Shown here piece after piece: positions 27,319 to 36,887 of a DNA stretch of 64,000 bases (the stretch's first letter is position 1; every line of letters begins with the position of its first letter). The translations under genes and the position numbers were made by a program. This DNA comes from an uncultured Thermoprotei archaeon (lineage in GTDB: Archaea; Thermoproteota; Thermoprotei; Thermofilales; B15-G2), in NCBI GenBank assembly GCA_965367815.1, contig CBDUKN010000011.1, positions 2,361-66,360 of the forward strand, given 5' to 3'. Below the pieces are notes generated by a model, which saw only the letters and a program-made list of their open reading frames with translations, was not told the origin of the DNA and made no database searches.

Positions 27319-27860
27319 TTCAAATAATTATAGGTGGTAGGGGAGGACAGGGAATACAGTTTGCAGGACACTTGTTAGCAAGAGCTGCCTGCATATATAT
27401 GGATAAGTATGTTGTCCAGGTAGAGTCTTACGGTGCTGAGGCGAGAGGAGGAGAGTCTAGGTCCGAGATAATCATAAGTGATACTGAGATATCACTGGTA
27501 GGTGTAGTGGAAGCCGACTACGCTATAATGCTTTTTCAAAAAGCATACGATAGATACATTAAGAAAGTCAAAAAGAATGGTATAGTATTTATAGATAAAA
27601 CATATGTAAGAAAATACTATAAAAATATAAAAACAATAGCAATACCAGCGTATGAAGTAGCACTGAGCATAGGAAGCCCGATAGTAATGAACGTGGTTTC
27701 TCTGGGAGTTTTTGCAGGGTATACAGGGGTTGTTTCAGAGGAGGCATTACGAAGGGCTCTCGAAGACTTAGTTAAAAAGGAGTATGTAGACCTAAACATT
27801 GCAGCTTTGCGTAAAGGTGTGAAGATAGGAAGGGAGCTCAAAGAAAGTGAAAATCATTAA
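27315..27860 (+). CDS. korC: 2-oxoacid:ferredoxin oxidoreductase gamma subunit
   Basis: GGRGGQGI, YGAEARGG. Confidence 0.9.
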   Translation: MIQIIIGGRGGQGIQFAGHLLARAACIYMDKYVVQVESYGAEARGGESRSEIIISDTEISLVGVVEADYAIMLFQKAYDRYIKKVKKNGIVFIDKTYVRKYYKNIKTIAIPAYEVALSIGSPIVMNVVSLGVFAGYTGVVSEEALRRALEDLVKKEYVDLNIAALRKGVKIGRELKESENH

Positions 27861-28387
27861 TCTCTAAGTTTTCTTCCACAGTGAGGACAGAATATGTGAA
27901 TATCTCCTAGAGGGAGATCTCCTCCACAATAGGGGCATGTTTTCTTAGAAGCTAGGGGGACCTCTTCTCTTTCTTCTCTACTAATTGAAGGAGTTATAGT
28001 TACTGGAGCTTCTGACTTGGTTGCAGCTACAGTCGTCGTAGGCCTTGCTGTAGGAGTTTCTACAACTTGTTCAGCAACAGCAGTAACTGCTGGAGCTTTA
28101 CTTAAGAGAAGCTTTGACTCTATAAGTTTTCTGTAATGTTTACTGATCTCTACTTTGAGCGCCATGTATATTGATATAAATAAGGCCAATGAGGCTAAAG
28201 TCTCTAACATTTTTCTCAGAAATACTTCTTCTGAAAAGTTCTGATTAAGTAGGCTAGCTATTAAGGGTACTATGTATAAAATCGCGCCTATAATGATTAT
28301 GTGTTTTGATGAGAAGCCCGAAGACTTCTTTTTCTTCTTTACTTTCCTTTTAGGAGGTCTTCTCTTAGATCTTCTCGCTTTAGGCAT
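27857..28387 (-). CDS. Membrane protein with basic N-terminus, two TM helices, T/A/P-rich linker and C-terminal zinc ribbon
   Basis: CPYC...CPHC at the C-terminus. Confidence 0.75.
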   Translation of the reverse strand: MPKARRSKRRPPKRKVKKKKKSSGFSSKHIIIIGAILYIVPLIASLLNQNFSEEVFLRKMLETLASLALFISIYMALKVEISKHYRKLIESKLLLSKAPAVTAVAEQVVETPTARPTTTVAATKSEAPVTITPSISREEREEVPLASKKTCPYCGGDLPLGDIHIFCPHCGRKLRD

Positions 28388-28396
28388 GTTTTCACC

Positions 28397-28468
28397 GTGA
28401 TTCGCCGCTCATTACAAACACTATTCATTAGATCATAGCTTGGGCCCTAAATCATCGCGGCGAGTCAC
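28397..28468 (-). ncRNA. Candidate structured RNA: 12-bp terminal stem enclosing C/D-like boxes
   Basis: Inverted repeat 28397-28408/28457-28468 (one mismatch); inside GCGATGA...ATGA...ATGA. Confidence 0.4.
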
Positions 28469-28512
28469 TATCTACTTTTAAATACTATAATATTAATGTT
28501 TCGTTGAGGAAG

Positions 28513-29973
28513 CTATACTGTTAGTGATTTGATAAAATCTTTTAGGCAGTATTTTATTGAGAAAATCCACGGATTCTTTACTTGAAGCTGATTAATTTTT
28601 TCGAGTAGCGTTATTCTGAAAGCTATAGGTGGATGTGGGTCCCATAGTAGCCAGCTTCTAGTTCTTCCATATACTTTGATTTCTCTTAAAAGTCTACGCA
28701 AGCCTATTTTCTTAAGAGCTGCAGCGAGGGCAGAGCCTTTTCCGAGAACAACAGCTGACTCTATGTCGGCTCTTGTTTCTAAGAATTTTGCTACAAAGAA
28801 TAAGGCTGTTAAAGATATGTATAGGTAAACTAGCTCAAAGAATACACCTAGTTTAAGTAGTAGTGGGAAGAGAATATATGTCAAAATATACACTCTAGTC
28901 AAGTACTCTACTGAGCTTAACAAGTAGAATATGAGCGGGTCTTTATTTTTCATGTGGCTAGCTTCATGACCTATTACGGCCATTATCTCCTCATCGTTGA
29001 GTTTTACTAGTAAACCTGATGTAATTAAAAGAACTGAATTAGAGCTTAGTACTCCACTAGCAGCGGCGTTCGGAATTATTATATTCGACAGTATTATTTT
29101 CGGCACCTTGAGATTGTATTTTTCAAATACAGTGGTAACTAGTGAATATAAGTCAGTTATCCTGATCTTAATATGAAGTGGGTCTACTGATGCTCCATAC
29201 TTTTCTAGTATACTAGCTATTTTCTGGCTATTTTCTTCTGATGTGAAGTTTTTTGATATTACGTTATAGATTTCTCTTTTTATTTCATATTTGTATTTAT
29301 TAAATATATTTTTTACAAAGTTATCATATTCATTGAATGGTAAAGAAATATCTACAATTACTACCAAGGGGAAATCTCTGGTTATTACCCAGTCGGTAAG
29401 TGCTTCTATTATTTGTGGCGCAAAAATAATGAGGGGAGTTTGAGATAATATTATTGCAATAGGTAAATATTCTAATGGTATGAATGCTGATAATAGTAAA
29501 TAAATTCCTACTGATATTAACATAGAGAATACAAATAAGTAAATCATATTTTCAAAGAACAGTCTCTCTACTATCTTATGTTTTCTTGTTAATTGTCTTA
29601 AGGGAATTATCGGCTGACCTGGTACGTATATAAAATACACATGACCGAAACCTTCTGTCTCTATGAAAAAGTAGGTGTATAGCTCGATTATTTGCGATAT
29701 TTCATTTAATATCTCATGACGTGCATGTAGACCGCTGATGCTGTATTTAGGATTTTTTGCTGCAAGTATTAGTACTTCAGTAGAAGCGCCAGGTGGTTGT
29801 GAAATTTTTACTAAAAGGCAGGGAGACATATTGTATGTTGATTTAATTGTGTATTCAAGGTAGTTTTTAAATCTAGTTTCGAAAACTTCTTTCATGAAAT
29901 CTAAGTATTTATCGAATAGAGTATCCTTGAGCTCTACTTCTTTAAGTTCTCTCTGTAAAATAGTTATAGACAT
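28513..29973 (-). CDS. htpX: M48 (HtpX-like) membrane zinc metalloprotease with long N-terminal extension
   Basis: PNAAASG, GHEASH (HExxH), ETRAD, HPP motifs; TM segments. Confidence 0.85.
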   Translation of the reverse strand: MSITILQRELKEVELKDTLFDKYLDFMKEVFETRFKNYLEYTIKSTYNMSPCLLVKISQPPGASTEVLILAAKNPKYSISGLHARHEILNEISQIIELYTYFFIETEGFGHVYFIYVPGQPIIPLRQLTRKHKIVERLFFENMIYLFVFSMLISVGIYLLLSAFIPLEYLPIAIILSQTPLIIFAPQIIEALTDWVITRDFPLVVIVDISLPFNEYDNFVKNIFNKYKYEIKREIYNVISKNFTSEENSQKIASILEKYGASVDPLHIKIRITDLYSLVTTVFEKYNLKVPKIILSNIIIPNAAASGVLSSNSVLLITSGLLVKLNDEEIMAVIGHEASHMKNKDPLIFYLLSSVEYLTRVYILTYILFPLLLKLGVFFELVYLYISLTALFFVAKFLETRADIESAVVLGKGSALAAALKKIGLRRLLREIKVYGRTRSWLLWDPHPPIAFRITLLEKINQLQVKNPWIFSIKYCLKDFIKSLTV

Positions 29974-30072
29974 CTCAAGAAAGGGTCTCCTAGCTAGTAT
30001 AAAAGCTTAATTATTCTTTAAGGATAAAGAAAACGTTTATTAATAAATTTTCTACAAAATTTATTTAAATAT

Positions 30073-32076
30073 TTATTGTTCTTTTTCCTCTTCTATCGAC
30101 TCCTCTATTTCGTTATCTTTACTCTTTTTCTTGACTAGGCGGGAGCTTGCGATTTTAATTAGTCCTGCCAGAGTAATCAGTGCTAATGCTACGCCTATTG
30201 TTTCTTTAGTTGTTAGTGTTAGATTTAGTAGTGGAGTATCTATGAATACATCTAGCTGAATTTTCTTTTCGAGAGGTTTGTCTACAGTTATTTTTATCGA
30301 TGAAGATACACGTTTATATCTAGCTATTAGTGTATATTCTCCTGCTGGTATTTGTTTGAACACACAAGTGCCTGTGTCATCTGTCACTAGGCTGTAGAGT
30401 TCTGTGTTAGTTGAGCTATCGACTAGCAGTACTATAGCTCCACTTAGGCTTTGGCCTCTGGCACCTACTACTGTTACTTTTAAGTCGTATACTGAGCACT
30501 TTACTGTGAATGTTTTTTCGTAAAATGCTGGAATTATTGTTTTGTTTACTAGCTTTCCTTTGAAGTATACTGTTAATTCGTAAGTTCCAGGGACATAGGG
30601 GGTTAATTTCACTTGCCCTGATTCTGAAGTTTCACCTTTGAGTATCATTGCGCCGCTTTTTATTGTTACTTTGGCTCCTGGAATAGGATTGCCCTTATAG
30701 TCGACGACTTTCAAGTTTATTGGGAGCCAGTCTACGTAAATTCTGTAGGAGCCTACTTCCATAATGTTCTTAGACTTTACTTGAATGTACAGTTCTCTTG
30801 AAGAGACGCTTACACTTCTGTTAGTAGAACCCCAGGCGATCTGGCTGCTGACGTACTTTGAGAATGTTATACCGGAGGGCGAGACTGCATCTCTTATTCT
30901 AGCGTTGGGTGGGAGCTGTACTACTAGGTAGGCATACTCGGCGCCTTCAATGGCTTCGCTGCTGACTTCTGCGATTACTTCTTTAGGAGTCCACTTGCCT
31001 GTAGGCTTTATTGTTATAGGCATGTACAGGACATTTAGTGGTTCTTTGAGTCCATTTACTACTGTGAATTTTTCTCCGAATACTACGAACGCTTTAACCC
31101 AGAACTTGAATCTGAGAGGTGGAACAAGGTATGATGCTCCGTAAGTAACTATTTCTTGTGCCCGGTTAAATACTAGGTCCACTAAGTCTGATATCACTTT
31201 TACTTCAGCTTTAGTATAGCTTGGTTTCGGGATTACAGAGTAGAGAACTATTACATAACCTAAATGTCTCGCTGTTGTCTGCTGTCTCTCAGTAAAGCTC
31301 TTCTGAGACTGTGGCGGTACAGAATCTTTAATGAACTTCTCATTTCTAACAATGAATGCTGAAGGGAGCTCTGCGTTTTCAAAGTACAGCAGCTTTATAG
31401 TGTATGTTCCTTCTCTAAGGTCTCTTGAGCTAAAGTCGAGCACAACGTGTTTTAGATCTACGCTAAATGCCGATGCAGAGATCTTGTTTGCAGATTCCAG
31501 CGCTATGAGAGAAGTTCCTTCAGGACCTATGACGTCGGATACTCTGTAGGGGGCGTAGTTGTCTATAGTTACTCTTATGGTTAAGTTTTTCAGCGTAAAG
31601 AGAGGATCCTCTGGTTTAGTTACATTAAATGATATTTCTTTAGTCTCAGGAGTTATCGGTATCCATGTTCTCTTTGCGTATATTGCTTCAACTACTATTG
31701 TTGTAGTGAAGTTCTTGGAAGCCGAGTTCACTATTTTAATTTTTCCGCTGAGTGAAATTACTGCCGAAAGTTTGTCTCCTTCTAGTATCTCCTTATCGTA
31801 GTTCATTATAGCGAGGTATTTGGGTATATATTTCTGCGAAGTGGTTACTATCATGTACTCTAGCTTATAGCCCTCGGGTTCAGGAGGAGCTATTATTTCT
31901 CTTACTTCATTCGGTGCAAGTATAATGCTTACTTGTGTACGGCTCTTGAGGATATACTCTATCTCAATGTAGAAAGTCGTAGTGCTAGGACTGGCATAGA
32001 CTTGAGCTAAACTAGCTATTACAGGAGCTACTAAGATTAATGCAGCTATTATAGAAATAAGTGATTTGCATCTCAT
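30073..32076 (-). CDS. Large surface protein with carboxypeptidase-regulatory/Cna-B-like beta domains
   Basis: Signal peptide; VVDYKGNPIPGAKV...TSESG and LSGAIV...TDDTG...PAGEY repeats; C-terminal TM with a charged tail. Confidence 0.8.
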   Translation of the reverse strand: MRCKSLISIIAALILVAPVIASLAQVYASPSTTTFYIEIEYILKSRTQVSIILAPNEVREIIAPPEPEGYKLEYMIVTTSQKYIPKYLAIMNYDKEILEGDKLSAVISLSGKIKIVNSASKNFTTTIVVEAIYAKRTWIPITPETKEISFNVTKPEDPLFTLKNLTIRVTIDNYAPYRVSDVIGPEGTSLIALESANKISASAFSVDLKHVVLDFSSRDLREGTYTIKLLYFENAELPSAFIVRNEKFIKDSVPPQSQKSFTERQQTTARHLGYVIVLYSVIPKPSYTKAEVKVISDLVDLVFNRAQEIVTYGASYLVPPLRFKFWVKAFVVFGEKFTVVNGLKEPLNVLYMPITIKPTGKWTPKEVIAEVSSEAIEGAEYAYLVVQLPPNARIRDAVSPSGITFSKYVSSQIAWGSTNRSVSVSSRELYIQVKSKNIMEVGSYRIYVDWLPINLKVVDYKGNPIPGAKVTIKSGAMILKGETSESGQVKLTPYVPGTYELTVYFKGKLVNKTIIPAFYEKTFTVKCSVYDLKVTVVGARGQSLSGAIVLLVDSSTNTELYSLVTDDTGTCVFKQIPAGEYTLIARYKRVSSSIKITVDKPLEKKIQLDVFIDTPLLNLTLTTKETIGVALALITLAGLIKIASSRLVKKKSKDNEIEESIEEEKEQ

Positions 32077-32258
32077 TGTCTACCACCCTCTTCTTGAACC
32101 TTAAGCCATAACATAATGGCTTCTGTTAAAGCCTTTTCAAGAGCGCCTCTTCTTACGCCGTATTTTTCTGCTATTTTTAGGCGAAATCTTCTATCTAGGT
32201 CTACCGGAATCCTACATTGGATTGGTATTTTCTTTACACCAAGATTTCTTCTACTCAC
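32073..32258 (-). CDS. Ribbon-helix-helix (CopG-like) DNA-binding protein
   Basis: IQCRIPVDL beta strand followed by two helices; 4-nt ATGA overlap with the downstream gene. Confidence 0.7.
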   Translation of the reverse strand: MSRRNLGVKKIPIQCRIPVDLDRRFRLKIAEKYGVRRGALEKALTEAIMLWLKVQEEGGRQ

Positions 32259-32471
32259 GGGGACTTATTCGGCTTATAAATAGTTAAAATATGCTAAGCT
32301 ATTTTATCTGATATACTGAAATATTATCTAGCTAATATTCTGTAGTATATTTTTCATGTAATAATTGTTTCATAAAGAAATACCTTAGTAAACACATAAT
32401 CTAAAGGACTCAAAATATTGTGTTTTTAGTAAAAAATGATTTGATAAATGTACTCTAGAGAATAGTAGTAG

Positions 32472-32577
32472 TGGACCGGCCGGGATTTGAACCCGGGTCC
32501 TCCGCCTCTCTTGGCCCGCGCAGTTCTGGGGAAGAGGCTCGCGAGGGCGGCATGCCTCCAGGCTACACCACCGGCCC
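32472..32577 (-). tRNA. tRNA-Ala(CGC) with 32-nt intron at 37/38 (32508-32539)
   Basis: Acceptor GGGCCGG/CCGGUCC-A, anticodon stem CCGCC/GGCGG, T-arm CCGGG-UUCAAAU-CCCGG; CCA not encoded. Confidence 0.95.
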
Positions 32578-32682
32578 ACTATCTCCCTTACTTTTGTGTG
32601 AAATAAGTTTTTCTGCCCCAATATTGAAATTTAGTTTATCATAGTCAATAATAAATACCTCTTTTTGATGATAAAAGAATAG

Positions 32683-33042
32683 TTGCTTATGCCGAGAAAA
32701 AGAAGAAAAAGAGAGGAAGAAGTACCTTCTGTGACACTTTTTCAGTTTGTAGAAAGTAAAAAGGAAGAAGAAAGTAAGCGGGTAACTGCAGTAAAAGAGG
32801 TCAAAAAAGATACTGAATTAAAGGAGGTAAAAGTGGATGAACAGGGCTATGAGAGTTTAATATATAACTATATTCGGCAAAGAGGAAAAGTCAGTAAAGA
32901 TGAAATTTATGTCTGGTCGAAGAGAAGAAAAATTTCTCCAGCAGAGCTATATAGGGCCATTATTTCCTTAGAGAAAAAGGGACTTGTTAGAAAGCGCTTT
33001 GATGGTGAAATGGGTCAACTAGTATATGAGATAATCACTTAA
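32683..33042 (+). CDS. Winged-helix protein with N-terminal TLxxF motif
   Basis: C-terminal LIYNYIRQRGKVS...AELYRAIISLEKKGLVRK wHTH pattern. Confidence 0.7.
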   Translation: MLMPRKRRKREEEVPSVTLFQFVESKKEEESKRVTAVKEVKKDTELKEVKVDEQGYESLIYNYIRQRGKVSKDEIYVWSKRRKISPAELYRAIISLEKKGLVRKRFDGEMGQLVYEIIT

Positions 33043-33580
33043 ATGAGTACACTATTCTATTGTTTACTTTTTTCTTCTCTATAATGTTAATTAAACACAT
33101 TATCTTTAATGCAAGTGAAGCTAAAGGCTTTGGCATATTTAGTTTAGTATAGAGATCTTTTAAAGAAAATTCACGGGGTAGTGTCTGCGAGTTTCTTTGA
33201 ATTGCTTCTATTACTTTTTTATCAAGCCTTTTAACATAGATTCCTTTTCTTTTATTAATTAAGAGAATATAATATCTTTTATCTTCCATTAGTAAGAATT
33301 TTTCAGTATGTAAAATAATATTTAATTGGTTTAATATATTGGATATTACTGAGTCAAAAAGATCATTAAAGCAATACACTCCTTCTTCCTTCCTGTAAAT
33401 TATATTCATTTTCATGAAAGGTCTAATATAACGTCTGATTATGGGAGTTTTTACTCCACCGCATGATTTGGCTAAATCAGGAAGTCTAAATTCTCTTAAT
33501 TTTTGTGCATGTACAAGTACTTCGACTAAGGCAGGATGTTTTCGAAGAAGATTTTTTAGTTCTTTTTCTAAAAGTTTCAT
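33035..33580 (-). CDS. Hypothetical protein, probable tandem winged-helix domains
   Basis: FRLPDLA...MNIIYRKEEG and FSLKDLY...INIIEKKK patterns. Confidence 0.65.
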   Translation of the reverse strand: MKLLEKELKNLLRKHPALVEVLVHAQKLREFRLPDLAKSCGGVKTPIIRRYIRPFMKMNIIYRKEEGVYCFNDLFDSVISNILNQLNIILHTEKFLLMEDKRYYILLINKRKGIYVKRLDKKVIEAIQRNSQTLPREFSLKDLYTKLNMPKPLASLALKIMCLINIIEKKKVNNRIVYSFK

Positions 33581-33711
33581 AAGGTCACCCAGCAGTGTAT
33601 GTATTTAGTGTTCTTTAGGCAGAATACATTCTACGCTATAAAGGTTATCTCAGCTGAAGGACGTGGTTTATCTGTGGAAAACCTTATGTTATAGGAGCAA
33701 GTAAAATACTC

Positions 33712-34104
33712 GTGAAATACAGATTAGTGGACAAGTTAGCGTGTCCTATGTGTAAACATTTTCCGTTGCAGCTAATAGTAATAGAGAGGACTGAATATCC
33801 TGAAAGAACTTTGGAGGAAGAAAAGCCTCTCTGCGAGCTTTACTGCGGTTACTTAGGGAGAGATATAGGTGAAGATAAAAATATGCCGTGTGAAAAGTGT
33901 GTAAAGTATGAAGTTAAGGAAGGAGTTCTCTTCTGTAAAAACTGTGGAAGATGGTATCCTATAATCGACGAGATAGCAATTTTACTGCCGGACGACTTGA
34001 GAAAAGAGAAAGAGGACTTAGCGTTCCTCAATAAGTATAAGGATAAACTGCCCGAAGAAATAGTTTTTGAAGGAAAACCTTTTTCGCTTAGGAAGCAGAG
34101 CTAG
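33712..34104 (+). CDS. trm112: Trm112 family methyltransferase activator
   Basis: LACPMCK...LFCKNCGRWYPIIDEIAILLPD. Confidence 0.92.
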   Translation: MKYRLVDKLACPMCKHFPLQLIVIERTEYPERTLEEEKPLCELYCGYLGRDIGEDKNMPCEKCVKYEVKEGVLFCKNCGRWYPIIDEIAILLPDDLRKEKEDLAFLNKYKDKLPEEIVFEGKPFSLRKQS

Positions 34105-35837
34105 TCGTGAATGTATATAAATTTATATTTATTTTCGCTAGCACTATCTAGTTTTACAAACCCGTACCTGATAAACTGTATTCTGTCGTTAACTGAAAGC
34201 AATTTTACACCAGGATCAGCAAGTCCTTCTTCTACTACAATACTATTTCCTTGAACTCTCATTACTTCGGCTTTAATATAATTATCTGCTGGCACCCACT
34301 GAATAATTTCACCGCCAAGGTCCTTTACTTCTTTAACATCTTCTCCGATTATATTTCCTTCAGCTACATTTTCCTCCACGCGAGATAAGCTAATGTTGAT
34401 TAGCCCTATTAGTCTTAAAGGCTTACCCAAGTTCTTAATTGCATCGTTTCTACAAATATATACTCTTACTTTGCCTTCCACTGATTTTAAAACTATTTCT
34501 CTGGTACCTCTTTCTGGAAATGATGGATGATAGTTTAGCTTAGCCACTAAGTCTTTATCAGAGGGTATCTCGAGAAGTATCGGATCATATACAAACATGT
34601 ACCTGTTAGCTATAGGCTCGAGATATTTTCTATTTAAAGCACAGAGATTTATGAAGCTTATAGTTGCTTCGGAAGATTTTACACCCACTTCAAGTATTAA
34701 GTCCCATATACTTTCTGGAAGGAATCCTCTTTTACGTAGAGCCATTAATGTTCCTAACCTAATGTCATCAGGACCTATGTACAATCCCTTTTCTATTCCA
34801 GCACGTATTTTCGACTTGCTTAAGATAAATCCTTCAAGTTTCAATCTACCAAAATGTATTGCTTCCGGGTATTTCCATTTAAGATGCTCGTATAAAAACT
34901 TCTGCTTTATTGTGTTAGATATATGCTCTTTTGCTCTTAATATATGCGTTATTTTCATTTCGTGATCATCTATGGCGCAAGCAAAATTGTATGTAGGCCA
35001 TACAATATACTTGTCTCCCACTATTGGGTGGGGATATTTACTTGTATCAATTACCCTAAATGCAATCCAGTCTCTTACTGAAGGATCAGGATATTTGGGG
35101 TCAGTCTTTATTCTTAGAACAGCTTGTCCTTCCTCGAAAGATCCGTCAAGCATTTTATCCCATAACTCTAGTTGGTCTTCAGGAGCTTTTTCGGCACATG
35201 TGCAGCGGATTCCTTTAGTTCTGTATTCTCTTATTTTTTCAGGAGAACATGTACATATGTATGCATAACCTTTTTCGAGAAGCTTCTTAGCGTAATAGTA
35301 GTATATTTTCATTCTAAGCGATTGAATATATTCTTCATCCCATTTAATTTTAAGCCATTTTAAGTCCTCCTTTATCAAATCGTATGCTTCTGGTAAAGGT
35401 CTTTTTGTTCGAGGGTCGGTGTCCTCAAACCTTAATATGAATTTACCTTTATATAATCGAGCATACTCATAGCTTAATATTGCTGGCCTTGCATTACCTA
35501 GCGTCAACACAAAGTCTGGATTTGGTGCGAACCTTGTTCTAATCTCTCTATACTTGTCAGCATTAGGTAGAGGCGGCAGACCTTTTTTGACTTCTTTCTT
35601 TTCTTCAACTATTGCTTCAGGAAACATTTTCTTAAGAAGTTCTTGCTGTTTCTCTAGACTCATCTTGTTGACTTCATTTACTATTTTTTCGGCTTCTTTT
35701 ATTACCTCTTTAATATTTTTTCTTAGTGATGGATTTTCAGCGAGTACTTTGCCTATAACTGCTTTCAGTGAGGCGGTGCCTCCATACTTTATGGCATTAA
35801 TAAGTGCGTACTTAAGTATGGTTTTCTCTAAGGTCAT
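34101..35837 (-). CDS. gltX: Glutamate--tRNA ligase (archaeal)
   Basis: TRFAPNPDF, LRFEDTDP, WPTYNF, LSKS, QFIRYGF. Confidence 0.97.
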   Translation of the reverse strand: MTLEKTILKYALINAIKYGGTASLKAVIGKVLAENPSLRKNIKEVIKEAEKIVNEVNKMSLEKQQELLKKMFPEAIVEEKKEVKKGLPPLPNADKYREIRTRFAPNPDFVLTLGNARPAILSYEYARLYKGKFILRFEDTDPRTKRPLPEAYDLIKEDLKWLKIKWDEEYIQSLRMKIYYYYAKKLLEKGYAYICTCSPEKIREYRTKGIRCTCAEKAPEDQLELWDKMLDGSFEEGQAVLRIKTDPKYPDPSVRDWIAFRVIDTSKYPHPIVGDKYIVWPTYNFACAIDDHEMKITHILRAKEHISNTIKQKFLYEHLKWKYPEAIHFGRLKLEGFILSKSKIRAGIEKGLYIGPDDIRLGTLMALRKRGFLPESIWDLILEVGVKSSEATISFINLCALNRKYLEPIANRYMFVYDPILLEIPSDKDLVAKLNYHPSFPERGTREIVLKSVEGKVRVYICRNDAIKNLGKPLRLIGLINISLSRVEENVAEGNIIGEDVKEVKDLGGEIIQWVPADNYIKAEVMRVQGNSIVVEEGLADPGVKLLSVNDRIQFIRYGFVKLDSASENKYKFIYIHD

Positions 35838-35946
35838 GAAGTATCTACTACTAGGAGAAATTCAGCTGACTAAAATGTTTTCTGTTCGGATGGTCTCGAG
35901 TTTCAACGAAAAAGATAAAAAGGCTCTATCCATTAAAAACTAAGAT

Positions 35947-36276
35947 ATGAAAATACTATCGCAAAGAATGATTGCCTTACCTCAAGCTGCTAAAATAGTA
36001 GAGGAAGTTAAGGAAAAATATGGTTTATCTCAGTTACAAGAAAAAGTTTTAGACTATTTAAAGAAGTTTAGTAAAATAGATGAAGAAAAAGCAGTAGAGC
36101 TTCTAGAAAAACTAACTAAGAAGTATGGAGTATCCGAATTTTCGGCAGTACAAATAGTAAACATTATGCCTAGAACAGTAGATGAACTTAGAGCCATTCT
36201 AGCTAAGGAGACAACCAAAGTATTCTTACCCGAAGATTTGGAGAAAATGCTGTCTACTATAAATGAGTATCGGTGA
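35947..36276 (+). CDS. rpoF: RNA polymerase subunit Rpo4 (F)
   Basis: YLKKFSK, AVQIVNIMPRTVDELRAIL. Confidence 0.93.
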   Translation: MKILSQRMIALPQAAKIVEEVKEKYGLSQLQEKVLDYLKKFSKIDEEKAVELLEKLTKKYGVSEFSAVQIVNIMPRTVDELRAILAKETTKVFLPEDLEKMLSTINEYR

Positions 36277-36863
36277 ATAGAATGTTTTTCACAAGAAAAT
36301 GTTATGAAGAATATGCATATGTGTTAGACTATATTCCGACTCCTCTAAAGAGATACAAGGGGTATAGGGGCCCTGTAGCTCAAGTGATTGGAGAAAACTG
36401 CTTTACTTTACTTGAAGTTGCCCCATATCCAGGAGTAATATTGTCTGCGGGCGAAAGAATTTTCATAGGTAAAGGGATAAGAGATAAAGTTGAAAGAGTA
36501 TTAAGAAGAATTTCTTACGAGGATCTCTCACCCCTAGCGCGTGATGAGTTACCTCGAATAGTGGAAGAAATAGTAACTAAACAGGAAGCAAGATTTGTCG
36601 AGTTTTTCAATAAGGCTCAGCCTTTAACAACAAAAATGCACAGTTTAGAGCTCTTAAGAGGAATAGGCAAGAAGACATTATGGAAAATCTTAGAAGAACG
36701 TAAAAAATCTCCCTTTACAAGCTTTGAGGACATAAAGAAGAGAATTAAATTGCCTGATCCCAAAAAGCTTATCATAGAAAGGATACTTGAAGAAATAAGA
36801 GGAGAAGAAAAATACTACATATTTGTTGCTCCTCCTCCCAAGCCTTCGTTCTCGCGTATTTAG
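36273..36863 (+). CDS. DUF655 family putative nucleic-acid-binding protein
   Basis: YAYVLDY, FTLLE, HSLELLRGIGKK, PFTSFEDI. Confidence 0.92.
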   Translation: MNRMFFTRKCYEEYAYVLDYIPTPLKRYKGYRGPVAQVIGENCFTLLEVAPYPGVILSAGERIFIGKGIRDKVERVLRRISYEDLSPLARDELPRIVEEIVTKQEARFVEFFNKAQPLTTKMHSLELLRGIGKKTLWKILEERKKSPFTSFEDIKKRIKLPDPKKLIIERILEEIRGEEKYYIFVAPPPKPSFSRI

Positions 36864-36887
36864 TCTTGATGAATATTTCTGTATTCA

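Noticed and set aside
30073-32577. Integrated element at the tRNA-Ala 3' end (RHH gene nearby)
   Set aside because: No integrase and no duplicated tRNA 3' segment (att site) found by eye
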